The notes beneath the pieces were generated by a model. That model ran no database searches. It worked only from the letters and a program-made list of their open reading frames with translations, and was not told where the DNA came from. The position numbers and the translations under genes were made by a program. 64,000 bases of DNA. It comes from an uncultured Gammaproteobacteria bacterium (lineage in GTDB: Bacteria; Pseudomonadota; Gammaproteobacteria; GCA-001735895). Of this stretch, positions 11,170 to 24,090 are shown in pieces (within the stretch, counting starts at the first letter, position 1; every line of letters begins with the position of its first letter). The stretch spans positions 13,769-77,768 of the forward strand of contig CAWCBX010000072.1 of the NCBI GenBank assembly GCA_963793595.1, given 5' to 3'.

Positions 11170-14100
11170 ATGGCCAAGGATACGGCAAGCCAGAACACAG
11201 AGCGGCAAGACCCCGCCGGCGCGCCGAAAAGGCGCCGGCCCAGGCATCATGTCATCGGCCTCTGGACTGCCGCCGGACTGGTCCTTGGTGCGGCAGCGTT
11301 CAGCCTGCTGGTCATTCTCATCATCGGGCAAACCATGCAAGCGCCGGAGTGGGTGCGCGATCGGATCGAGGCCCGGATCGAGCAGAACCTGGGCGGGCTG
11401 CAGATTTCCTTCGGCGATGTTCAGGCTGTGATCAACAAAGGCCTGCGCCCACGTGCCCGGCTGCGCGATGTGGTCATCCGCGATCCCGCAGGCCGGGTCC
11501 TGCTGGAGCTCGGCGATGCCGAAGCCAGCCTCGCCATGCGTCCGCTTCTGCGCGGCATGGTGCAACCCAAGCAGATCACTCTCAACGGCGCATTTGCCAC
11601 TTTGCGCCGGAATACCGACGGCACCTTCGATCTGTCTCTGGGTGCCAGCAACGCTCCGGTCAGCCAAGCCGGCAGTCTGCCACAACTGATCGAGCGCTGG
11701 GACCAGATACTTCAGTCCGAAGCCCTGTCTGCGCTGGTATCGCTCGATCTCAAGTCGCTCAATCTGCGATACGAAGATGCGCTGTCTGGCCGGGCCTGGA
11801 CCGTGGATGGCGGTCAGATGCGCATGGAACGCGACGGCGACCAGATGCGGCTGTCGAGCCGGTTTGCCCTGCTCAGCGGCCGTGACTACGCAACCTCTCT
11901 GGAGATGAACTATACCAGCAAGATCGGAGAACTGGCCGCCGACTTCGGCATCTCGGTCGAAGATGTCGCGGCTCAGGACATTGCCGCCCAGGCCATCGCG
12001 TTGAAATGGCTTCAGGTTTTGCGGGCCCCGATCTCAGGCGCCTTGCGGGGCAACGTCGAGGCTGACGGCACTCTGGGACGCCTGAGCGCGACGCTGCAGA
12101 TCGGCGCCGGGGTGCTGCAGCCGACCGACCAGACACGGCCCATTCCGTTCAGCCAGGCGCGGACCTATTTCACCTATTCACCCGACCGCCAGGTCCTCGC
12201 TTTCGACGAATTGTCCGTCAGCAGCGACTGGGTCAGCGGCGTTGCCGATGGCACCGCGTATCTGGGCGGTGTCGATCAGGGCACCCTGACAGAACTGATT
12301 GGCCAGTTCAACCTGAGCGGCCTGGCACTGAACCCCGACGGCATGTATCCTGAACCGCTGACCTTCAATCGGGCCGCCGCTGATTTTCGCCTCGAACTCG
12401 ATCCGTTTCGACTGACCGTGGGGCAGATGCGGGTGGTCGATCCCAGTGCGACCGTTCGTTTGGACGGGACGCTTTCGGCTTCTACCGACGGTTGGGCGCT
12501 GGCCTTCGACGGCAAGATGGACGCGATCACGCCGAAGCGTCTGGTCTCTCTCTGGCCCGTCGGCGTGGCCAAGGGCCCGCGCGACTGGATTGCGACCAAA
12601 ATCTCCGGCGGGCGTCTGAGCGATATCAACTTTGCGCTGCGGACAAAACCAAACGAACGGCCGAACATTTATGTCGACTTCGATTACGCGGACGCGACGG
12701 TCAAGGTGCTCAAAACGATGCCACCGATGACGGCGGCAAAGGGGCAGGCGAGCCTCATCGGCAACCGGTTCGTGGTGACCGCGACGGCAGGACGGATGCC
12801 CGCAGAACAGGGCGGTTATCTCGATCTTGCCGGATCGTCGTTCATCATTCCCGACATCACGATCCGAAAGGCCGCGCCGGGGATCGTGCGTTTTGTCGCC
12901 CAAGGCCCGGTCACAGCGATCGTGTCATTGCTCAACCGTCCGCCCCTCTCGGTGCTGGCCAGCAGCGGGCTGCCAGTCGATCTGGCCTCCGGCCTGGTGC
13001 GGGCGAATGGCACGGTATCAATGCCGATAAAGAAGGGGCTGACCTTTGATCAGGTCGAATTTCACCTCACAGGAGCGGTTGATCGGGTCGAAAGCACGGT
13101 GCTGGTGCCGGGCAAGGTCCTGTCCGCGCAAACAATGGATTTGCAAGCGGATGAAACGCAGGTGGTGCTGTCGGGGCGTGGTCAGGTCGAAGAGGTGCCT
13201 TTCGATGCCGGATGGCGCAAACCCATTGGCAAGGGCGCTCCCCGCAGCAGCCGGGTCGAAGGACAGATAGAACTGTCACCGCTGCTGATCGATACCTTCG
13301 AAATCGGGTTGCCGCCGGGCAGCGTCAGTGGCACGGGTCTGGCCGATTTCTCGCTCGATCTCAACCCGGGCGAGCCACCCGTGCTGACGATGCGCTCCGA
13401 TCTGCAGGGGGTCGGGTTGCAGATCCCTGCGCTGCTCTGGTCCAAACCCGCCGCGTCCTCCGGACTGCTGGACCTGGCCGGGACGCTGGGCGCGCCATCG
13501 CGCCTCGACCGCCTGGTGCTGGAAGCGCCGGGACTTTCTGTAACGGGGACCGTGATCGGCCGGGAACAAGGCGGCCTCGAACGGGCGCTGCTCAGTTCGG
13601 TGCGGGTCGGCGACTGGATGGAGGGCACGGTTGAGCTTGTCGGGCGCGGGCAGGGCGCGCCGGATCTGCGGATCCTCGGTGGTACGCTTGACATGCGCCG
13701 GGCCACCTTCGGCTCTGCAGGCGGATCCGGTGGCACTGGCGCTCTTAGTGTGGTGCTGGATCGGCTTCAGGTCAGCGATACGATTGCGCTGACCGGCTTC
13801 AGGGGGGAGTTCAAGACAGCGGGGGTACTCGACGGGCCGTTCCAGGGACTCGTGAATGGCGGGACACCGGTAAACGGCCAGCTTGTTCCGCGGGGCGCGC
13901 GCAGTGCGGTTAGAATCCTGTCAGACGATGCAGGTGGGACCGTCCGCGACGCCGGGCTACTGAAACAGGCCCGTGGCGGAAGTTTTGATCTGACGCTGGT
14001 GCCCGTGCCTGAACCGGGCGAATTCGACGGCACGCTGCGCGTGACCGATGTCAAGATACAAGATGCGCCAGCAATCGCGGCACTGGTGAATGCCGTCAGC

Positions 14101-14544
14101 ATCGTCGGTCTGCTCGACGAACTTGCCGGCCAGGGGATCCAGTTTACCGAGGTGGACGCTAGGTTTCGGCTGAGCCCCTCGCGAGTGACGCTTTATGAAA
14201 GCAGTGCGGTGGGGCCGTCGATCGGGTTGTCCATGGACGGTGAATACGATGTTCCAAATGGCCAGTTGAACATGCAGGGCGTGATCTCGCCGGTCTACCT
14301 GATTAACCAAATCGGTAGTTTGCTAACGCGGAAGGGCGAAGGCATGTTCGGCTTTAACTACACGCTGAAAGGCAGCGCCCAGGCCCCGACCGTGCAAGTG
14401 AACCCGTTGTCGGCGCTTACCCCGGGAATGCTGCGCGACATCTTCAGAGAAGCGCCGCCAAGTGCCGAAGACTCGTCAGAGACCCCGGACAGGCGGCTTA
14501 AGCGCGCACCCTCTCTGTCCGACAGTGCCGAAGGCGGGCGCTGA
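11170..14544 (+). CDS. YhdP/DUF3971 AsmA-like bridge protein
   Basis: 1124 aa, N-terminal TM, beta-strand-rich body, C-terminal AsmA_2-type region ([13 protein letters not shown]...MQGVISP...[27 protein letters not shown]); sits between bcp and queA. Confidence 0.82.
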   Translation: MAKDTASQNTERQDPAGAPKRRRPRHHVIGLWTAAGLVLGAAAFSLLVILIIGQTMQAPEWVRDRIEARIEQNLGGLQISFGDVQAVINKGLRPRARLRDVVIRDPAGRVLLELGDAEASLAMRPLLRGMVQPKQITLNGAFATLRRNTDGTFDLSLGASNAPVSQAGSLPQLIERWDQILQSEALSALVSLDLKSLNLRYEDALSGRAWTVDGGQMRMERDGDQMRLSSRFALLSGRDYATSLEMNYTSKIGELAADFGISVEDVAAQDIAAQAIALKWLQVLRAPISGALRGNVEADGTLGRLSATLQIGAGVLQPTDQTRPIPFSQARTYFTYSPDRQVLAFDELSVSSDWVSGVADGTAYLGGVDQGTLTELIGQFNLSGLALNPDGMYPEPLTFNRAAADFRLELDPFRLTVGQMRVVDPSATVRLDGTLSASTDGWALAFDGKMDAITPKRLVSLWPVGVAKGPRDWIATKISGGRLSDINFALRTKPNERPNIYVDFDYADATVKVLKTMPPMTAAKGQASLIGNRFVVTATAGRMPAEQGGYLDLAGSSFIIPDITIRKAAPGIVRFVAQGPVTAIVSLLNRPPLSVLASSGLPVDLASGLVRANGTVSMPIKKGLTFDQVEFHLTGAVDRVESTVLVPGKVLSAQTMDLQADETQVVLSGRGQVEEVPFDAGWRKPIGKGAPRSSRVEGQIELSPLLIDTFEIGLPPGSVSGTGLADFSLDLNPGEPPVLTMRSDLQGVGLQIPALLWSKPAASSGLLDLAGTLGAPSRLDRLVLEAPGLSVTGTVIGREQGGLERALLSSVRVGDWMEGTVELVGRGQGAPDLRILGGTLDMRRATFGSAGGSGGTGALSVVLDRLQVSDTIALTGFRGEFKTAGVLDGPFQGLVNGGTPVNGQLVPRGARSAVRILSDDAGGTVRDAGLLKQARGGSFDLTLVPVPEPGEFDGTLRVTDVKIQDAPAIAALVNAVSIVGLLDELAGQGIQFTEVDARFRLSPSRVTLYESSAVGPSIGLSMDGEYDVPNGQLNMQGVISPVYLINQIGSLLTRKGEGMFGFNYTLKGSAQAPTVQVNPLSALTPGMLRDIFREAPPSAEDSSETPDRRLKRAPSLSDSAEGGR

Positions 14545-14587
14545 ACGAAGCTGGCCAATCGCGATCTGGCAGGCTAAGGCGCGCGCC

Positions 14588-15645
14588 ATGAACCTGTCTG
14601 ATTTCGATTTCGACCTGCCCGAGCATCTGATCGCAACGCGCCCCGCCGTGCCGCGCACTTCTGCACGGCTGCTGGTGGCCGAGGGCGACCGGATCACCGA
14701 TTCACGGGTCGCTCGACCTGCCGGAATGGCTGCGGCCAGGCGACCGGCTGGTCCTGAACGATACCCGCGTGATTCCGGCGCGGCTGTCCGGGCAGCGCCG
14801 CCGCTCTGGCCCGCAGGGCGACACTGCGGCCCGGATCGAGGTGACGCTGCTCGAGCCGCGGCCTGACGGTACTTGGTCGGCACTCATCAAGCCACTGAAA
14901 AAGCTGCGGGTCGGCGAAGATATTGCTGTTCGCGCAATGGGCTGAATGCGCGACGCTGATAGCGATGATCGATGGCCAGGCGGCCTCTGCGTTTCAACCT
15001 GGCCGGGGACGGCTTTCGATGCTGCGCTGGCCGAGGCCGGCGCGATGCCGCTGCCGCGCTATATCGCTGCACGGCGCGCCGCCGATGCGCAGGACATGAC
15101 CGACTATCAGACCGTCTTTGCCCGTCATTCCGGAGCCGTTGCAGCACCCACCGCGTCGCTGCATTTCGACACACCGCTGCTGGAGGCCATCCGAGACCGC
15201 GGCGTTGAGTTCACCTTCGTGACCCTGCATGTCGGCGCCGGAACCTTCCTGCCGGTAAAGGTCGAAGACGTTACGCGCCACCGGATGCACGCCGAGTGGG
15301 GGCAGGTCAACGCGGCGGCGGCGGCAGAGATTGCCGCGACCAAGTCCGCCGGCGGCCGCGTGATCCCGGTGGGCACCACGGCGTTGCGTCTGATCGAAAC
15401 CGCTGGCGCGAGGCGGGACAATCGAACCATGGGAAGGCGAAACGGATATTTTCATCTATCCCGGTTTCCGGTTCCAGGTCACCGATGCGCTGATGACAAA
15501 CTTCCACCTGCCGAAGTCGACCTTGATAATGCTGGTCTCGGCACTGATGGGCGCAGACCGAATCCGGCGGATCTACGATCACGCCATCCGCAGCGGATAT
15601 CGCTTCTTTTCCTATGGCGATGCCTCTCTGCTGATCCCGGAATGA
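14588..15645 (+). CDS. queA: S-adenosylmethionine:tRNA ribosyltransferase-isomerase (frameshifted)
   Basis: [92 protein letters not shown] spread over several frames. Confidence 0.92.
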
Positions 15646-15760
15646 CAGGATAGGCAGATGCGGTGATTCGCGACATCAGGTGTCGGCTACAAACATGACG
15701 GGCCGCGGCGATCCTGCTAGGATGGGCGCGACCGTACGGCACCCCAGTGGAGGCGACACG

Positions 15761-17043
15761 ATGTTTCAGGTTCTGTCGAGCGCCTGGGCGCTGCTTTTGG
15801 GCATGATGCTGCTGATGGTCGGCAACGGCCTGCAAGGCACGCTGCTGGGCGTGCGCGGCGAAATCGAAGGCTTTTCGACCCTGCAGATGTCCTTCGTGAT
15901 GTCCGCCTATTTCGTCGGATTTCTGGGCGGCTCGCGCATGGCGCCCGAAATGATCCGACGGGTCGGCCATGTGCGGGTCTTTGCTGCGCTGGCCTCGTTC
16001 ATTTCGGCGGTGATGATCCTCTATCCCGACGTTCACCGACCCCATCGCGTGGTCGGTGGGCCGGGTGATCATCGGATTTTGTTTTTCAGGCGTTTATGTG
16101 ACCGCTGAAAGCTGGCTGAACAACGCCGCCGACAACGAAAACCGCGGCCAGGCGCTGTCGCTTTACATGATCGTGCAGATGGTCGGCATCGTCAGCGCGC
16201 AAGGCCTGTTGCTGATCGGCCGATCCGTCGGGCTATGAAACCTTCGTGATCGCCTCGGTGCTGGTATCGATTTCCTTTGCACCGATCCTGCTGTCGATCA
16301 GCCCGACGCCGGCGTTTGACACCACCAAGCCGATGAACCTGCTGCAACTCATGCGGACCTCGCCACTGGGCTGCGTCGGCATGTTCCTGCTGGGCGGGGT
16401 GTTCTCGGCGCAGTTCGGCATGAGCGCGGTCTACGGCGCCGAAGCGCGGGCTGAGCCTGACCCAGATTTCCACCTTCGTGGCGACGTTTTATATCGGTGC
16501 GCTGCTGTTGCAGTATCCGCTGGGCTGGATCTCGGACCGCATGGACCGCCGCCAACTGATCCTTATCGCGGCGGTTGTCGGCGGAATCGGGGCGCTGGTC
16601 GGCATGCTGTTCGGGCGGCAGTTCACCGTCTTGCTGATTTCGGCCTTCGTGATCGGCGGGCTGTCGAACCCGCTGTATTCACTGTTGATTGCGCATACCA
16701 ACGACTACCTTGACCACGACGACATGGCCGCAGCCTCGGGTGGCCTGATCTTCATCAACGGGTTGGGCGCGATTGCCGGGCCGCTGATCACCGGCTGGTT
16801 GATGGGCAGGGGGTGTTCGGCCCGCCGGGGTTTTTCCTGTTGGTCGCTGCCCTTCTTTTCACGTTGGCCGCCTACGCGGTTTACCGGATGTCCCGCCGCC
16901 CGTCGGTAGCGTCGGCCGATACCGGCAAGTTGACCGCGTTGTCGCCGAGCCTGACCGTTGTCGGTGTCGAAGCGGCGCAAGAAGCCACGTTCGAATCGGA
17001 GCAGGACGAGCACGATGGTCAGAATGCGGCTTCAATACCTTGA
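15761..17043 (+). CDS. MFS transporter, YcaD-like (frameshifted)
   Basis: MFQVLSSAWALLLG...MSAYFVGFLGGSR...RVGHVRVFAA, ESWLN, QYPLGWISDRMDRR, NPLYSL; at least four frameshifts. Confidence 0.85.
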
Positions 17044-17137
17044 ATATGTCGCAAGTGAAGCAAATTGTTACTGTAAGATCTGTCTAAGGATATGGGTAAA
17101 GATACCATACATTGGGGGCGAGTTAAGGAGTTGACCT

Positions 17138-17719
17138 ATGATTGGTCCCGAAAGAGATATTGAGTTTCTGGCTGGATGAGATCGGGCCAAAGGGCTGGTA
17201 TGCAACCGATCCGGCATTGGACGCGAAGATTTCTGAAAAATTCCGGTTGGCCTGGGACGGTGCCTGCGAAGGCAAGCTTTTCCCTCTGGCTGACCTATCC
17301 CAGCGGTTCTTTGGCTTATGTGATCCTGACGGACCAGTTTCCACGCAACATGTTCCGTGGCACGGCGCAGGCCTTTGCGTCGGACAGGATCGCCCTGACC
17401 GCGGCCAAGTCCGCGATCGACAAAGGCTGGGACATGAAGATTGACGAGCCCGCTCGGCAGTTCTTTTACATGCCACTGATGCATTCTGAGAACCTTTGCG
17501 ATCAGGAACGCTGCGTGCGTCTCATGCTGAACCGGATGCCAGAATCCGGAGAAGGCAACCTGCTGCACGCCCGCGCACACCGCGAGGTGATCCGGCAGTT
17601 TGGGCGCTTTCCCTATCGCAACGATGCCCTGGACCGCGCCACGACCAGGTGCCGAGGCCAACTACGTCTCGTCCGGCGGCTACGGAGAAACGATGCGCGC
17701 CCTGCAGAAGGCCAGCTGA
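17138..17719 (+). CDS. DUF924 family protein (frameshifted)
   Basis: EILSFWLDEIGPKGWY, ILTDQFPRNMFRG, RQFFYMPLMHSENL, HREVIRQFGRFPYRN. Confidence 0.85.
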
Positions 17720-17730
17720 CGCTCCGAGGC

Positions 17731-18156
17731 TCAGGACGGCAGCGTGCAGCCACGCAGGTCGGCGACACCGCGCACCATCGCGTCCGCACCAGTTTCGATG
17801 GCATGATCGATCAGCTTTTCTGGCGTCTCGATCAGATCGGTCACACCGGATTGCATTGCGCCGATGCGCGCATCCAACGCGGTCACCCGCGCGTCGATGC
17901 GGTCAAGAACGTCCGGAACGATCTCGCCGCTTTGGCGTTTCAGGTCCGCAAGTTCGCTTCGTAGACCGGCCACTTCAGACCGGACTTCGCCGACGTTTTC
18001 GCGCAGGGGCGTCACGATCTGCAGATTTTCTGCAAAGCTCGCAGTAATTCCGCTGATTTCCGACGCCAGTTTCCAGCCCAGGAAAAGGCAGAGCGCCAGA
18101 AGGATCAGGGTCGCATTCAACAGCGCCAGAGCGAGGTTTTTCAGGGTGCTTGCCAT
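17731..18156 (-). CDS. Hypothetical membrane-anchored coiled-coil protein
   Basis: N-terminal TM (LALALLNATLILLALCLFLGW), then heptad-rich helix; intact ORF. Confidence 0.7.
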   Translation of the reverse strand: MASTLKNLALALLNATLILLALCLFLGWKLASEISGITASFAENLQIVTPLRENVGEVRSEVAGLRSELADLKRQSGEIVPDVLDRIDARVTALDARIGAMQSGVTDLIETPEKLIDHAIETGADAMVRGVADLRGCTLPS

Positions 18157-18395
18157 GGATCGGTTCCGACCTCCGTTGCAGAAATTCGCTCGATACGCCG
18201 CCGGCTTGTCGCCCGGTCGAGCTTTTGACCGAACCTGTGTAGCTATTTGAAACGCTCCGGTATAGGCTTTATCGCGGTCGATCCAGGGCCGCTTTGCGCT
18301 GCGTCCTAAATGTCGCGGAGCAGGCCCATTGATGCGTTTTGGAAAATAGTTTAACGGTAAACTAGTTTTCTGAATGCCTGAGCCGAGGGGATATC

Positions 18396-19793
18396 ATGGC
18401 TGCAAAATCCTTTGATGTAATCGTAATCGGCGCCGGTCCCGGCGGCTATGTCGCGGCAATACGGGCGCGCACAGCTCGGCCTGAACACCGTCATTGTCGA
18501 GCGCGAGCACATGGGTGGTATCTGCCTGAACTGGGGGTGCATCCCAACCAAGGCGATGCTGCGGTCGTCCGAGGTGTTCCACCTGATGGAACGCGCCAAG
18601 GATTTCGGGCTGAAAGCCGATGGCATCGGCTATGATCTGGATGCGGTCGTCAAGCGCTCGCGCGCGGTTGCGGGGCAGCTGTCGGGCGGTATCGGGCACC
18701 TGATGAAGAAGAACAAGATCACCACCGTCATGGGCGAGGCAACGCTGACCGGCAAAGGCAAGGTCTCGGTCAAGACCGAGAAGGGCGCCGAGGAGCTTAC
18801 GGCCCCGAATATCATTCTTGCCACTGGCGCGCGCGCCCGGGAGCTGCCCGGGCTGGAGGCGGATGGCGATCTGGTCTGGACCTACAAACATGCCCTGACC
18901 CCGAAACGGATGCCCAAGAAGCTGCTCGTGATCGGTTCCGGCGCGATCGGCATCGAGTTCGCCAGCTTCTACAACACGCTTGGCGCCGACACTACGGTTG
19001 TTGAAGTGATGGATCGCATCCTTCCGGTTGAAGATGCCGAGATAAGCGGCTTTGCCAAAAAGCAGTTTGTCAAACAGGGCATGAAGATCATGGAAAAGGC
19101 GACGGTCAAGAAGCTGGACCGCGCCAAGGGTAAGGTAACCGCCCACATCGAAAAAAACGGAAAGGTCGAAACGCACGATTTCGACACCGTGATTTCGGCC
19201 GTGGGCATCGTCGGCAATGTCGAAAACCTCGGACTGGAAGCACTGGGTGTGAAGATCGACCGCACCCATGTCGTGACCGACGAATACTGCCGCACCGGGG
19301 TCGAGGGGCTTTATGCCATCGGCGATATCGCCGGTGCGCCGTGGCTCGCGCACAAGGCCAGCCACGAAGGCGTGATGGTGGCCGAGATGATCGCGGGCGG
19401 ACATCCGCACCCGGTCAAACCCGAAAGCATCGCCGGCTGCACCTATTGCCAGCCGCAGGTCGCCAGCGTCGGCTATGACCGAGGCCAAGGCCAAGGAGCT
19501 GGGCTATGAGGTCAAGGTCGGCCGCTTCCCGTTCATCGGCAACGGCAAGGCGATCGCGCTGGGCGAACCCGAAGGCATGGTCAAGACCGTGTTCGACGCC
19601 AAGACCGGCGAATTGCTGGGCGCGCATATGGTCGGGGCGGAGGTGACCGAGCTGATCCAGGGCTATGTCGTGGCCGCCAGCTGGAGACCACCGAGGAAGA
19701 CCTGATGCACACCGTCTTCCCGCATCCGACGCTGTCAGCGAGATGATGCATAAGTCGGTGCTCGACGCCTACGATCGCGTCATTCACATGTGA
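18396..19793 (+). CDS. lpdA: Dihydrolipoamide dehydrogenase (frameshifts near 18470, 19480, 19680, 19740)
   Basis: GAGPGGYVAA, GGICLNWGCIPTK redox disulfide, GSGAIGIE, GDIAGAPWLAHKA, HPTLS active-site motif. Confidence 0.93.
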
Positions 19794-19812
19794 TCACCGT
19801 GCTCCGGTGCAA

Positions 19813-20076
19813 TCAGCGTCCGAACTCGAAATTCCGTTCGCGAACGCCGAAGGTCGTCTTGACGACCTGGCGATAGGCCTCGCCCGATTGCCGTTCCGGA
19901 AGCGCCGGCCAGTTCGACTCCCGGTTGTCGCTCAGCGACACACCCGGAACCGGATCTGCAGAGTTCGCTTTGCCATCCGTGTCGTTTCGGAACGCCGATT
20001 GGGTATCCGTGCAGGCCGCTGTGGTGGCGAGACCGGCCAATAGCGCGGCGAAAACAAGCAGCCAGCGATTTTTCAT
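19813..20076 (-). CDS. Small hypothetical lipoprotein-like protein
   Basis: [22 protein letters not shown] signal peptide ending in Cys; its ATG overlaps the TGA of the upstream ORF (20073-20076). Confidence 0.5.
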   Translation of the reverse strand: MKNRWLLVFAALLAGLATTAACTDTQSAFRNDTDGKANSADPVPGVSLSDNRESNWPALPERQSGEAYRQVVKTTFGVRERNFEFGR

Positions 20077-20655
20077 AGCAGAACCCTTTGCGGCTTATCG
20101 GTGGTCAGACGCCAATCTGGCGTGTTGACCAGCCTGCCAGCGAGCACATCCCGATGCAAAACACATCGGTTCACCTGTTTGTAGGCGGTCTGAGATGCCC
20201 GGCAATGGTTCTCGGCCTGCTTGCGCGTGGTGGCACCCGCATCAGGGCGGCAGACAGACCTTGCAGGCCTGCAACTGTTCGTTGACGCCGCATACATCGG
20301 CCCGTTCGGGCGTCACGTTGCAGGATGCGACCGCCTCGGTGACACCGGGATCGGTAAACGCATCCTCGCCCTAACCGGATGCAGGGCTTCGAGCTTTGCA
20401 ATGACCCGAGGCTGCCACTGGCGTGCGGCTTCGAGCGCGCCTGGTTTTCGTCGAGGATCTGTTCGTCGACGGCCGGTGCCGTCATGACGGCAGGTCTCCG
20501 TTCTGGCCGAAAGTGGATCGAGCGTTTCGGGCCGACCGTTCGTGCTCTTTCGGGCCCAGTGGGCGGTTCGCATCTGCCTGACAAGGGCCGGGGCGCATCC
20601 GGAGATCAGCGAAGCCAGACAGGGCCAGACAGGGCATGTCGGGCCAGGCGCGCAT
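20073..20655 (-). CDS. Possible frameshifted Cys-rich hypothetical (lipo)protein, divergent from uvrA
   Basis: Fragments in different frames: lipobox-like LASLISGC, Cys-rich ...[20 protein letters not shown]; stop coupled to the next gene. No family recognised. Confidence 0.25.
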
Positions 20656-20679
20656 GGAAAGGAGCGGGAGATGGCGGAT

Positions 20680-20694
20680 GTTCGCTTTCCGTTC
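20680..20694 (+). promoter_or_regulatory. Alphaproteobacterial LexA (SOS) box
   Basis: GTTC-GCTTTCC-GTTC is an exact GTTC-N7-GTTC, 66 nt upstream of the uvrA ATG. Confidence 0.85.
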
Positions 20695-20759
20695 TCAATT
20701 TCGAGTTGGAAACTGAGCTGCACTCGACTATCTATACCAAATTCCGTCCGAGGTGGGTT

Positions 20760-23631
20760 ATGGCCGAGCTGAAACATATCGAAGTGCGCGGCGCGCGCGA
20801 GCACAATCTCAAGAACATCGACGTGGATATTCCGCGCGATCAACTGGTTGTGATCACCGGACTTTCCGGGTCCGGGAAGTCGTCGCTGGCGTTCGATACG
20901 ATCTATGCCGAGGGCCAGCGCCGCTATGTGGAATCACTCAGCGCCTATGCCCGCCAGTTCCTCGACATGATGGAAAAGCCGGATGTGGATCATATCAGCG
21001 GTCTTAGCCCGGCGATTTCGATCGAACAGAAGACGACGTCGAAGAACCCGCGTTCGACCGTCGGCACCGTGACCGAGATTTACGACTACATGCGGCTGCT
21101 GTTTGCCCGCGCCGGCACGCCCTACAGCCCCGCCACCGGGCCTGCCGATCGAGGCGCAGCAGGTGCAGGACATGGTCGACCGCATCATGGCGATGGAGGA
21201 GGGGACGCGCGGCCTATCTGCTGGCGCCCATCGTCCGCGACCGCAAGGGCGAGTACCGCAAGGAATTCGTCGAGCTGCGCAAGCAGGGCTTTCAGCGGGT
21301 CAAGGTGGACGGCCAGTTCTACGAACTGGACGAGCCGCCGACGCTGGACAAGAAGTTCCGCCATGACATCGACGTGGTCGTTGACCGGATCGTGGTGCGC
21401 GAGGGGCTCGAGACCCGGCTGGCCGACAGTTTGCGCACCGCGCTGGATCTGGCCGATGGCATCGCCATTCTGGAAACCGCCCCGGCCGAGGGCGAGCCGG
21501 AGCGCCTCACCTTCTCGCGAGAAACTTCGCCTGTCCGGTCAGCGGCTTCACCATCCCCGAGATCGAGCCGCGGCTGTTTTCCTTCAACGCGCCCTTCGGC
21601 GCCTGCCCGGACTGCGACGGGCTGGGCATGGAGCTGTTCTTCGACGAACGGCTGGTGGTGCCGGATGCAGACGCTGAAGATCTACGACGGCGCGCTGGCG
21701 CCTTGGCGCAAGGGCAAGTCGCCCTATTTCCTGCAGACCATCGAGGCCATCGCCAAGCATTATGAATTCGACCAGCAACACCCGGTGGAAGGACCTGCCG
21801 GCCCATGTGCAGCAGGTGTTTCTGTACGGCTCGGGCGAGGAAGAGATCCAGTTCCGCTATGACGAGGGCGGGCGCGTCTATCAGGTGACACGCGTGTTCG
21901 AAGGCGTCATCCCCAACATGGAGCGGCGCTACCGCGAGACCGACAGCAACTGGATCCGCGAGGAATTCGAGCGCTACCAGAACAACCGTCCCTGTCGACA
22001 CCTGCGAGGGCTACCGCCTGCGCCCCGAAGCGCTGGCGGTGAAGATCGCCGGTCTGCACGTCGGGCAGGTGGTGCAGATGTCGATCCGCGAGGCCTATGC
22101 CTGGTGCGAGACCGTGCCCGAGCACCTCAGCGCGCAGAAGAACGAGATCGCTCGCGCCATTCTGAAGGAGATCCGCGAGCGGCTGGGCTTTCTGAACAAC
22201 GTGGGTCTCGAATACCTGACCCTCAGCCGCAACGCCGGCACGCTCTCGGGCGGCGAAAGCCAGCGCATCCGTCTGGCCAGCCAGATCGGCAGCGGCCTGA
22301 CCGGCGTGCTCTACGTGCTCGACGAACCCTCGATCGGGCTGCACCAGCGCGACAATGACCGTCTGCTGCGGAACGCTGAAGAACCTGCGCGACCAGGGCA
22401 ACACGGTGATCGTGGTCGAACATGACGAAGAAGCGATCCGCGAGGCGGATTATGTGTTCGACATCGGCCCCGGCGCGGGCGTGCACGGCGGGCAGGTGGT
22501 CAGCCACGGCACGCCGGCGCAGATCGCCGCCGACGCGGCCTCGATCACCGGGCAGTATCTGACCGGCACGCGCGAGATTCCGGTGCCGGCCAGAGCGCCG
22601 CACGGGCAACAAGAAAAAGGTCACCGTGGTCAAGGCCACCGGCAACAACCTCAAGGACGTGACAGTCGATTTCCCGCTGGGCAAGTTCGTCTGCGTCACC
22701 GGCGTGTCGGGCGGCGGCAAGTCGACGCTGACCATCGAGACGCTGTTCAAGACCGCCTCGATGCGTCTGAACGGTGCGCGGCAGACGCCGGCGCCCTGCG
22801 AGACGATCAAGGGGCTGGAGCATCTGGACAAGGTGATCGACATCGACCAGCGCCCGATCGGGCGCACGCCGCGGTCGAACCCGGCCACCTATACCGGGGC
22901 CTTCACGCCGATCCGCGACTGGTTCGCAGGGCTGCCCGAAGGCGAAGGCGCGCGGCTACAAGCCCGGGCCGTTTCAGCTTCAACGTCAAGGGCGGGCGCT
23001 GCGAGGCCTGCCAGGGCGACGGCGTGATCAAGATCGAGATGCACTTCCTGCCGGACGTCTACGTCGACCTGCGAGACCTGCAAGGGCGCGCGCTACAACC
23101 GCGAAACGCTGGAGATCAAGTTCAAGGGCAAGAGCATCGCCGACGTTCTGGACATGACGGTCGAAGACGCGCAGGAATTCTTCAAGGCGGTGCCGTCGAT
23201 CCGCGAGAAGATGGATGCGCTGATGCGCGTGGGTCTGGGCTACATCAAGGTGGGCCAGCAGGCGACGACGCTGTCGGGCGGCGAGGCGCAGCGGGTCAAG
23301 CTGTCGAAGGAGCTGAGCAAACGCTCGACCGGACGCACGCTCTACATTCTCGACGAGCCGACGACCGGTCTGCATTTCGAGGACGTGCGCAAGCTGCTGG
23401 AAGTGCTGCACGAACTGGTCGATCAGGGCAATTCGGTCGTGGTGATCGAGCACAATCTCGACGTGGTCAAGACCGCCGATTACATCATCGATATCGGCCC
23501 CGAGGGCGGCGACGGCGGCGGCGAGATCGTTGCCACCGGCACGCCCGAAGAGGTCGCCGGCGTTGTCGCACAGCCACACTGGGCGCTACCTGAAGCCAAT
23601 GCTCGATGCGCGGGCGGTCGCGGCCGAATAG
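20760..23631 (+). CDS. uvrA: Excinuclease ABC subunit A (many frameshifts)
   Basis: [84 protein letters not shown], ending [16 protein letters not shown]. Confidence 0.96.
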
Positions 23632-23859
23632 CGTCCACAACGTCGGAAGCTGACGACGGTGCAGGGTGCTTTGCTGTTCTGGTGCCCGGCCTCGCGCCTG
23701 CCATACAGTATCGGAACCGCAGGCAGGGCCGGAACGCCGATGTTCATCATCGCACAGAACCAGCCGCAGGCGCGGACCGATCGAAGGCTGTCGACCAGGA
23801 ATCAGAGCACCAAGGGAGGCAGAAGGATTGCGCGCCATGCGCCGGCGTCATTGGCATAG

Positions 23860-24090
23860 ATCCGATCGGTCACCATCCAGAACAATGGTTCCAAGCCGCC
23901 CGTTGTGTTGACACGCGACCCGATGGGCGACGCTGTGCTTTCGCTGTTTTCAACCTTCCCGCAGCGTGGCTCGGCCGAGGATTTCACCTTGTCGGATCTG
24001 CGTATAGAATTGATGTTTCCAGTCGATGAGACGACTCGCACGGCGCTCTCGGCACTGGTCGATCCCGGCCGACATGGTCCGTCAGGCGCC
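23860..24090 (+). pseudogene. Possible remnant of an XRE/MmyB-type regulator C-terminal domain
   Basis: [40 protein letters not shown] resembles MmyB ligand-binding-domain C-termini; in-frame TAG just upstream and no HTH part. Confidence 0.4.
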
